Source: Antedon mediterranea
Taxonomy: Eukaryota; Animalia; Echinodermata
NCBI RefSeq assembly: GCF_964355755.1
Contig: NC_092675.1
Location: 22,850,912-22,914,911 of the forward strand
Direction: 5' to 3'
DNA length: 64,000 bases
The notes under the pieces were generated by a model, which did not search any database, had not been told where the DNA came from, and saw only the letters and a list, made by a program, of their open reading frames with translations. The translations under genes and the position numbers were made by a program. Positions 50,701 to 62,700 of the stretch are shown piece after piece (the stretch's first letter is position 1; every line of letters begins with the position of its first letter).

Positions 50701-53700
50701 AGATATCGATGAATGTGCGGTTAACAAGGGTGGGTGCCAACATCTTTGTATTAACACCGATGGAGGTTACTATTGCAAATGTTACACAGGATATGTATTA
50801 TTGACAAATGGAAAGGACTGTGAAGGTAGTAACATAAATCACTCCTAACTATAGTTGAATGGAAATCTTGAATTTATTCTAAACTACCATAATATATACT
50901 ATTTATTTTAAACTTGGCTGCCAACAGTTTATTTGTAACAGTAAATGAATTAAACACACAATGTATTGTACGAAAACCTAATCCTGCCACATGAATATAA
51001 ATATACCTATGTAGAAAAAAAGTTGTCTCTTAAGCTTTCCTAAACCAGGCAAAACAATAGAATATGATACCGATTACACTTTAAATAATAATAATACTAA
51101 ATATACATTATGTAGGCGCAATCCAAATTACACATTTAATTAAAAAATTGAAGTAAAAAATAATACGGCTTTTGAAATATTCTATAGTTACTTGTACCCC
51201 GCCATGTGTAAACGGGGAGTGCACAGCTCCAGATAACTGTGAGTGTGAAGAATTTTATGCAGGCGATGCATGTGACGATGGTAAGTGACATTGAATAAAT
51301 AATAAATTGATTTGCCACTGGTTATACAATTTTTCTATAATAGACTAATTGTTGTTTAGAACACTCAGATTTTATAATAATATATTATTAATATTGTAAA
51401 TGATTTAAAAGTTGAATTGTCTATTAGTGGATGAATGTTGGAAAAACGTTGATGGATGTGCTCACATATGTACTAACAACTATGGCGGATTTGAATGCAA
51501 ATGCTTTCCTGGGTATGAACTTTCAAGGCTTACTGAATGTTTGCGTAAGTTGCTACTTCTAGAAAATCTTGTACCAACATTTTCATATTTCACATTAAGC
51601 AGAAATATAACAAGAGTTTGCATGGAGCAATCTATGCTTACTAACCCATTAGAAACAAATTGTACCCTCTATAATTAATTCAAGCATTCTGAGGAATTGA
51701 GTACAAGTATTTCAAGAATCACGTATTCTAATTGTATGGCTATATAGCCTAAGTAACTATAATTTGGGTTATATTAAAAATTATTTTTACAGCTGTTTGT
51801 GATCCTTCTTGCGAGAATAACGGCCAGTGTACGGGACCCAACAACTGTGTCTGCCCGGATGGATACGAAGGAGAGAGATGTGAAATTGGTATATATTATT
51901 ACACAATATATTTTTTTTTATCTTATGTGGGTTCATCCCACTTTTATTTCCATACAACTGTTCTCTTTACATATATTTTTCACTATACACTATACATATC
52001 ATTATATTTACAATGTTTGTTTAATCATCTGTTTACATATACTTATTTAAAGAGTTTTATTCATTTGTTTACATATTATCACATTGATTACATAGCTTCC
52101 TCCTTTTATACATATTATCTGTAACACATTTTCATTAAAATTAAGATTTTATAATGTAGTCATTACCAGACTATTGTATTGAAAACCGTTGAAAATCTCG
52201 AATTAATTACCACAATATTATTGTTTCAATATATTGCATTTCATTATATATATTTATTATTTATATTTATTTATATGTTTATGATAGATATTGATGAATG
52301 CGAACTCAACAATGGCGACTGCGAACATTTTTGTGAAAACCTTCCTGGAACATTTAGATGCTATTGTTCAGAAGGATATTCTGGCACCACTAACTGCACA
52401 GGTATGCAGACGCATTACCTACTTTACCTGTAAATATTCAATACACATTAGAAACATCTGTTAAATTTACTTTTTATACAAGAACTATGTCTTGTGTTGC
52501 TCATACTGACATTTTCTTTTGTATTTGATTCCATTGTTTATATTAAGCATAGTTTGTGTTTACAGCAATATTTCAAGAAATTGTTTTGATGTTGATCGGG
52601 ACGTTTATGATGGTTTTAAGTTTGTGTTGTGTTTAGAAAGTATTCGATTATTATCATCTTTTTTAAATGTTGTGTTTTGTACTTTTTAAATTGATGTGAT
52701 AGATTCGTTGAAATGTATTTTGATATTATAAAATAAATAGGAATTATTACTACTACTTACTAGAAGTAGATATGTAATAGAACAGCAAGAATGAGTTATC
52801 TTACTCTCAAATGGGGTGAGTGCCTTGATTCTAACTTCTAATCATTTCAACAGATATTGATGAGTGTTCCTTCGCCAATTGCCATAGATGTACAAATTCA
52901 CATGGTAGTTTTGAGTGTTTTTGCCACACAGGATACGAAGCCTACGATCTATACAACTGTGAAGGTACACATATTATGTTGATTTTGTTAAATTTCTATT
53001 AATTTTAGTTTCGTTTTTATGTTTATTTCTTTGTGTGTTTTGTAATACTTTGTCAGACTCGCTTACTTTTATTTTCAATTTACATCGCAAACACTCATAA
53101 TTTACATTGTGGTTATATCATACATTTCATTAAATAATATATTTTTTAAACAGAAACAACTTGCTTCTTTTTTATTTGTGACTTTTTTATGAATCTCTTC
53201 AATCTACTGTTATTGTTTCATCAGATGTTAACGAATGTACCAGTGGTATTGACGAATGTGGACAACTATGTTTAAACTCTATCGGTAGCTTCAGATGCGA
53301 TTGTATTGACGGTTGGACAATTAATAAAGATCAGAAAAACTGCACAGGTAGGCTATAGAATAAATAAGCATGATGATGTAGTTCTTTTTTGTGTCGTTTC
53401 GTTTATGTATTTGCTATTCAATACAATAAAAAAACAATACATAAAGAGATGTAACGTACTGATGCAAAATACTTCGCTGTAACTTAAAGTAATACATTGA
53501 TACTACGTTTATGTAAATACAGTGTCTTCGTCTTACATTATGTAGGCATATTATCAATTCGCATGAAATATTTTAACAGAAAGTATAATTATTATGTGAT
53601 TCTGAAAAAAAAAATAACCACACTTTAATTTCTATTTTCAAAAAAAGTATACAATTAATATAAATAAAATATAATTTCAATCATTATGTATTTTCAGCCA

Positions 53701-56700
53701 ATCCTTGTGTTGAAGTCGGTCTACCGTTTAATGGAAATCGAACATGTACAGGATTTACAACAGGCGAAATATGTCTTTTTTCATGTGAATGGAACTACCG
53801 TTTATTAGGATCCAATCTGAGAGAATGCTTACCGAATGCTATGTGGAGTGGTCATACAACACTCTGTGAAGGTTTGTTTAAACTGATTTTTAAAGCATAG
53901 TCTAGCCTAGACTATCAAACTAGTTTGACAAAAAGGTGTGAAGTACTCAACTTTGGTAGTCATATCATCATATTGATATAAGGCACATCACATTTTTTTG
54001 TCACATAAAGTTTTATAGTGTAGACAGATCTTTAATCGTTAGTAGTAGTTGGTAAACTATAATAATTTAGGCCTAATGAATTCATGCTGCACTCCTGAAT
54101 TGAACATATTTTCTAGACTTGCTTTAAGTTTCTCGTTATTGTTTTCTTAGCATTCCTTTACGATTTTCTGCCGTAACTACATGTAGATTCCAGCTTAAGT
54201 ATACATATGACACGCTATTTGTGCCAAAAGACAAAACATTCAAATCTTGTCTACAATATTAAGCCGAATCGCCGTCTACAAACTATATTATTATAAAATT
54301 GTTATATTTATGTAACATTTCGTTATGCAATAAATAAAGCACTCAATGGTGCTTCATTGCAGCATTCGACTTATACTAAGTTTCTGTATGTGTTAATCAT
54401 AGTACCGTGTTTTCCAATATAAAACCCGTATGTATGGCCCTTGCATAAATAATAAACAAAGATTCTTTCTCTTGTGAAAATACAATAACATAGTATTACC
54501 GTATTACCTTTACAGAGATGCTATGTCCTAACATTCCTTCACCTAACAATGGATACATCCTTTTTCCATGCGAGAATCAAATTGGAAGTCAATGTAGTTT
54601 TGGTTGTGACCCAGGATATTTCCTAGAAGAAAGTATTGTTACAGAATGTCTATGGCCTGGAACATGGAATAGCACTTTTCCAAAATGTATTGGTAAGATA
54701 CGGTAGTAACCTGTTCATATGTTAAAGATACCTGGTAATACTATATAAGCTAATTTCGTGTCACAGTAGTTCCAATGCTATTGTCAGATGTTTGTAAACA
54801 TTTTTTAGAATGTTGTGCAGCTGGTTGGGAACAAACTTGTAGCGTGCGGCGTCTACTGTTCAATATAATACAAAGAATATAATGACAACATCCACTATCA
54901 TGGGTTACCATACCAACCATTACACATCTTGCTTCTCTTGATCAAATGTATAGTCTGATGAAATACTAAATGTCTTTACATTTAGAAATGCAGGTGTGTA
55001 CGCCATCTCCATGTGCAAATGGTGTTTGTCGAGTATCGCAAAATGAGGTAGGTGGATTTCAATGCGACTGTTCCGGGACTGGTTATACAGGGAAGACCTG
55101 TGCAGAAGGAGTTGTAACAACACCAGATTGGCCTGACGTTTGGGTAGGAGATGTGTATGATTTCGAATTCATTGCCAAACCAAAGCAAGCACTTGATTTA
55201 ACTATTGAAGTAGATTCAGATAACGTGTTTGTTGAGCCCTATGAGTTATCATTTTCGTTAACAACAAATAATATTACATGTTCTATTCATGGGGTTAGTC
55301 AGGGGTTTGTAAAAATATCATATGTCTTGAGAGGAAATGAAGCAGCTGATTTCGTCACACCAGACGATGACGAAATATTCGTGTTACAGAACAACTCGTT
55401 GAACACTGTTGATGAGAAATTTACACCGGGCTATCGTCTGCCCTCGGGTTGTTTTGTACTTTCTGATCACTCCACCTGTAAAGGAATAGATTATTCATCT
55501 ACCGAGAAATGGACGAAGGTAAATAACGTTTATATGGAAACTAATGGCGTTGTATCATTGGCAACTGAGACATTCGAACTGCCTCTTTGTCTTGACGGAC
55601 AGGAATTTTCAATCGGTAAGACACCGTTGTCTCAAAATAATAACTGTCAACGTAAAAATGTAACATTGGCTAATATTCAAAGCTTTGTTAAGTTTAACTC
55701 TTTGTATCGTAATTATACGCGTCAGCTTGAAAATATTCTGCCAGACTGGATGACTTTCTTATCCATCGATATAGATCCAATGAATGCTATATCATCTTTG
55801 TCAACATTGAGTCTTAGCGGTACTGATGTTAAATCAATCGACTGGTGTTCAGCTGCTCCCGTTGTAAGTGATAGCCAGTATTCTGTCTTCTTACTCTCTA
55901 AGGCAGAGTTAACTATTGGTGGCAGACGTGTATCTCTGTCAGTACCAGCATTCAAAAGAAAATATTGTTTAGTAGTGGGTGTATGTGATATGACATCTGG
56001 AACTGTGATGATGGTGTTTCCCGAAGGTTCAAGAAATATCTTAAGTTTCATCAAGAACGTATATTATAATGATGTCCTTGCAGTGGATGTCAATGTTCTT
56101 GCATTTTCAAAAACGGATATGCTCAATCCAGAGAAGAGTAATACAACAGAACATCAGTCTTCTCTGTCAAATCTGAGTGAAAAACACAACACTAACATTT
56201 TGGCAAGTCTACAATACTCCTACTACATCAACAACACAGTGTTGGCAAAAGTCGAAGGCAGTGGAGATATCCATGTATCCCTTGAAAATATTACACAGGT
56301 GTGTTTTGTTTTAATTTATTATTTTTATTGAGGAGAGAGGTAATGTATTAAATAAATACAAATCGTTACCTTTATTTGTATTTGTATATATTTGTGTTTT
56401 TACAGTTATTCAGTCATCTTTTTATACAACGTTGGGAGTTTAAACAGTTTGGAGATTCCCAAATTACCTTATTCTGGAGAATGCTTGGTGAAGACGTAGA
56501 ACTAAATTTCATTTCAATTCAAGGGAGTAGACCGATATTGAGCTCAATCATTGGTGGTTAGTTTATTTTTAAATTAAATAATTAATACAACGTAACAATA
56601 TGAGAAAATGTAATGATTCACCAAAACCATATAACAATAATAATATAAAAATAATGACATAACCTCCTATGTTATAGAAGTAAATCTGATTTATTTTGTA

Positions 56701-59700
56701 GGAAGATCCTTTTCATCTGATCAAGGAATAATATTGGAATCATCGACGTCATTTGGGGTTTTTGACGACACGCCGTTTTCATGGTTGCTTAAGACCGACC
56801 AAGCTGATGTTGGCCTAGAAGTGTTTGTAGATTATGATTTGTCACCGAAACTTGAAATTCCAAGAGATCTTAACACCATGACGAAGATTATAAGTGATCT
56901 ACAAACCCTACCGCCTAAACTAAGTGCATTGGCTTGGCAGTTACTTTTTTGTGGATATGTTGATTTATATTCTGATCTACTAGCTGCAGCCACAGATTTG
57001 AATGTCAGTATAATGAAGTATTTCCCCACTTTAACTCAAACAGATTTGAAAGTAATTGCTAACGCTTTAGCAGAAATACGCATGCAGTGTAAAAGGAGTC
57101 TATTAACTCTGTGGAATGTTAACGATGAACTGATTAGCAACACGAATCAAAGTGATTTGCGAAGTGATGATGTATTAAATGTTACAAGACATTTGGAAAG
57201 TCTCAGCAATAACATTCTTATTGAAGCACAGAATATTTTCGCTTATGAAAGTACGTCTGGATCTGGTTTTCGCATGATTTCAGAAGTTTGTTTGTCATCA
57301 CATCTCTGCTTTCCATCGTTAAAGATAGAAGTATTGAATTCTGTGAATAATTCTCTTCCATACAGAGATCTTCAATCAATTTTTCAACCAAAACCTTATG
57401 TTTGCATAACAGGAGAATACTCCAATGCGATAATCCTCAATAAATTCATCAGTATCCAGACTGGATCACGATTAAATTTAGCTTTTGAATCTAACAACAA
57501 CTATTGGCAAGGAAGTATTCCAGTGTTTATCGCATTTCTTGGAATTGAACAAAAGACAACTATGCATCTTACAATGACAGGAACCTGTTTCAGTTTTTCT
57601 GGTAAGCTTTGGGGTCTATATGATATGGTTGGAAATGCTAGTTCTGAATTGAGCTCGTTCGAGTCGATGGTAATATCTCTATATGGCAACATTGCTGCTG
57701 AAGGGCCATTATCATTAGGAAAAATTCTAAAATATAAAGTTATTACGTTTTCCCAGAAATCTGCTGACGATAGCGAACAAAGACTGAGCCAAGCTACGCA
57801 TTCTGTTGAATTAGCAACAACACAATTACAGGATGCTTTAGATGACGAAGCTATACAAAATACTAACGTAGTTGAAGCTAGAAAAAAACATGATCATGCA
57901 GTAGAAGAGGTTATGGAAGCCAACATCGCAGTTGAAAGTGCACGACAATCATTGGAAAATGCACGCGAAGATACAAAAGAGGTTGAAGAAAGCTTGAACA
58001 GTGTGTGTACAATTACTGAATGCACTGGGGTATGTTTACCTGGCAGTAGAATTGTTACTTACTTGGAAGACGTTTATGCATACGTGCCATATGAATGTTG
58101 TAGTAACAGAGACATATCAACAGTTGTTTCTGAGACAACTAGTTGCTGCTGGAGTTGCTGGATCCCAACTGAGGTTAAGGGCGGTTTTAAATTGCCAAAG
58201 CTTGTTAGGGGTGTTGCAAAAATAGCAACTGGTAGATACGTTAAAGGGACAATACAAGTAGTAAATTCTGTAGGTAAAGACAGTGAAACATCGTGGACAC
58301 TAGGCGAATGTTGTGAAGAGTGTCAAAAACCTGTTTTAATAACAGTCACGTTTGAGTCATGTAGCACATGTGTCAGTTATGAAGTCGTTGGCCAGATAAA
58401 AAAGATTAAAACCGAAGAAGTTTCTTGCAGTGTACAGATCCCGGATGCTGAATGTGTAAACAACAACGAGCAATGTCGAAAACAGCGAACTCAATTATTT
58501 GATATAATACAAAACGTATCTCCTGACCTCACTGTACCAATTGAAGAGTTTGATGATGCTGTTTTACTTGCATCAATTGCAGATGCAGAATTGAACGAAG
58601 CTATAATCGAACTAGATGATGCATTAAACCAACAAAAGGTAGTATCAGACAAGGTATTGGCGTTACAGAAACATCTTAACAATACTCAAGAGGCGCTGGA
58701 CCAAATACGCATACAGGTTTCAGCAGGGCTAAATGTAAAGCAGCACCAAATCAATGGATCACTTGAAGGAAGTTTATACTTCAAAGACCTGACATTTAAC
58801 ATTGATCTAGTTACAGAAGATATTTCCGTGCTTCCTATAGTATGCTACATAACGCTATCATCCACTCCAGTATATATACAAATATTTCTTGACGTCACCA
58901 ATTTAAATTATACAATTGAAAATGCTGCTCTTTTCATTACGGAAGAGTTGTTTGGTGATATAACAAGATCAATTAGAAGAAGAAGAGACACAAGAAACAT
59001 TGGCCTTCACATAGAACGCGACGCTACTACCATCATTGAACAGCCACCTATTCAAACAGTAGATTATGTTCCGACAAACGACTCACTAGATACCAATATT
59101 ACTAGTAACCTTTTACGAGATCAAAAAGTTGTCCAAAATGAAAAGAAGTGCACAGACTATAACAATATACTAGATTTTATCGAAAATTCATTCCAAACAC
59201 TTCTGGAGATTGTAAATAACAGCAAATCTGGCAATACAGAGGCATTAGAAAATGAAGAGAGATTTCAAAATGACTACTTGTACAATCTATCAGCATCATC
59301 GTCACCACATGTTGTAAACAGTAGTGTATTTTCATATTTGAATTTGACTATGGATGATTTCGAAGACAGCAACTATACAGAACAAGACGATGGATATGAG
59401 CAAATTGCTTTAACAAATGTCATCGATTCTGCGAGGATAAAATCAAACAACACAAGATCACTACTTGAGATTGATGTATTTTTTGAGTGGGAAACGGTAA
59501 TGAACACATACATCTGTAATTGCAGTTGTATGACGGATTGCCAAGGTTTCTACGATTGTCTTACAACTGAATTGAATTCTTTAAAGTATTTGTCAGAAGG
59601 TAGAGACATTTATGAAGATGTTGTTGTCCTCGATGAATATATATCCATATTTGTTAGAAGTAATGCAACAAGTGCTGATGAAGCAGAGACAAGTGCGATA

Positions 59701-62700
59701 ATTGTACTTGACCAGGTTAGTTTTCTGAAAGATTATAATGATGTATGCTTAGAAGAACCTGTCATTACAGAACATCCTGAACCAATATTAATAACAACTG
59801 AAGGAGCTGCTTTTACTCTGACATGCAAAGCTTCTGGGAATCCCTTTCCAACATTTGCCTGGACGTTTAATGGAAACGTGCTGAGTGGCATGACTTCAAA
59901 CACATTGACACTAAAGCAGGTGAACGCATCTGATTCAGGTACTTATACATGTCAGGCTATCAATGCAGTAACAACAGTTTCGTCATTGCAATGTAACGTC
60001 ACTGTTGAATTTGCACCGTGGATCAGAGAACATCCGCAAGACGCTGATACTGAATATGGTAATAGTGTAGGATCGTATTTCGATTGCAAAGCGTCAGCTC
60101 AGCCACTAGAAAACTACCAATGGTATTTTCAGAACAAGTTGTCATCCGACATGGAACCCCTCCCAGGTCAGAATGTTTCGAGTATTCAGATATTAAGCCC
60201 GGGATTTAACCAAGATGGATGGTATATTTGTGAAGCATGGAACAAACATGGGCGCGTATTATCGAATCCTGCAAGATTTCAAGTTCTTGGGATATCGATG
60301 CCTGAGTTTTCAAGCACTATAACCATCGGACTTTATCAAGGAACCAATTCCAAAACACCTAATGCATCTTTGGAAGAAACCATTGCGAATGTTATTAGTA
60401 ACGATGACCCAGAAATAGAACTTCTCAATTACCAAGAGTCCAGTCCACACGGCAAAACGTTTATAACTCAGATAACATTCGAAATAAAAAGTACTGATGT
60501 CACATCCATTGATATTCTGACTGAAAGTCGATATGACTCAGCACAAACGGTCAAATATAAGATTGACAATATCACTGACAAGGTTGTTCAGCTTCAACAT
60601 TTACTGAGTCCAGCAGACCTATTTGAACATCATGGTGAAGTAGTGGAAGTAACAACGTTTATTTCAGATTTGAAAGGCCCAATCTGTCCCAACAATCAAT
60701 ACGCTCATATTGATGGATATATTTGTGGTGAGTTGTTTAGATTACTGTGATTAATGTTCATGATTGATTTTGTGTTCATTTTTCACATTTAACATTTTAA
60801 ACAACATTTGTTTTTTATTTTGGTATCAATAGGCCTAATTATTCGCTTTTTAAATCTCTATTTTGAAAAACAAGTACAATAAATAATATGCTTACTTTGT
60901 TGATTTTAGTAAACTGTCCACCTGGATCATATCGTGGGAATAATAACTTGCCTGCGATCTGTCAACTATGTCCAATAGGATTTTACCAGCCCCAAGAAGG
61001 ACAAACGACTTGTCTGAAATGTGATGGTAACACTAAAACTGATGTTGGATCAAGAACCTGCGGTACATTATAGTTGTTATGTTGTTAAAGTTAGCATTGT
61101 ATGATGAGTTGTTATATAATAGCCTATTGTTTCCTTGCGTGCCTGATTTTATAAGATAAATTACCCTATGTTTCTAAAGTTTTTAAATAATTGTATGTAT
61201 GTATACCGTACAGTATTAGTTTTACATGTTTACAGTGCATGTTATTCACTAAGATACTTACTTTGTCACACATTATTCATTTGTCACACATTTATCAGTA
61301 GACTGTGCTCCCGGATCGTATCGTGGAAATGATGGAATTTGTGAGCAATGTCCAAAAGGGACTTACCAACCTGAACAAGGAAAAAAGGAGTGTCTGCAAT
61401 GTGATGGTTATACCGATGTTGATGTTGGAGCAAAAACATGCAGTGAACTAAAAAGTACGCAATAAACCATAGTTTTAATATTATTCACGGTTTAAGCGAT
61501 GCGAAAGGAAAAATAAATTATCATTTAGACCATGGAGGTATATACCTCCATGTTTAGACCTTACAAAGTTTTGGGAAGCCGTATAAACAAACAAGCCTCG
61601 CCGACGGGAACGGGGGACGACGGTGGGCATGTCTCTTCCTAACATAACCATTGTTGGAAAAACATTCCTTGTCAGGAATACATTCAGACCGAAAATTGTA
61701 CCAATGTCACGTGTCACACATCCTGAATAGCATGAATGTAAACATATATTTAATACTAAACTATAGACTATAGACTATTGCCATAAAGATAAACAATATT
61801 TTGATGTATATTCTGTTAATTTTTGCTAGTGCCTTCGAGTACGTCTAAGACGTCACCACTAAACACACCACTACCAAAAGAGAAGTCAACGGCAAAGGTA
61901 AATACAATTATTTTCAAACCATCTTGGTTGGTTTCAGTAAGCAAATTCAATTTTGCTGGTTAATATTCCTGTTTTTTCTCTCATAACAGTGATACCGTCA
62001 AACGGTACAAAAATACAAAAGGGTCATTTTGGAGAGAAAATAATCAGTCCACCGAAAACTCATAATTTGTTGTGTATACATTGAAACACTATTCATTCAT
62101 TAACATTTAAACTGGTTTCTTTCTTTCATTGAAATTTTGTTTTGGTCATAAAGGAGGGCAACAATGTGGCCTACATCGTCGGAGGTGTTTGCGGAGGATG
62201 TGTTGTTGTCATCGTGGTATTCGTATTCATCATCAGAAGAAAAGTGACGTATAAAAGTAAGTGGTTTTTACCTAGCCTGACAGACATTTTATTTTTCGAC
62301 ACAAAATTAGGTAGTATACTATAAATTACGGTTTGACGGCCTGGAGATAGTGGAGATGTTGCGATTGTACACTAAATTGAACTATAAAGTGCAAGTCATT
62401 AATATTTTCTTAAGATTTCAGTGTTACTGTTAAAGATATATTGTCACCATCGCAACAATATAATTGTTTAGAATAGGCCATAATATCACATTATAGTTAT
62501 TCAATTGGAAAATAAAATTATTTACTTGAAAATACTGCAATCTAAAGCAACAAACAGTCAAATTGTCTGTCAGACAAATATTTTTATTTAAGCTAACGTT
62601 TTACTATTATCAGAGTTTTTATTTCAATTGGTTTGTTAAAAAGACATTTCAAAATTCGATTTCTACTACACACCATATAAGAGCAATATTCAATCATAAT

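Noticed and set aside
54920-58682. Antisense and alternate-frame ORFs overlapping the giant exons
   Set aside because: Shadow ORFs of a long coding sequence with no independent motifs.
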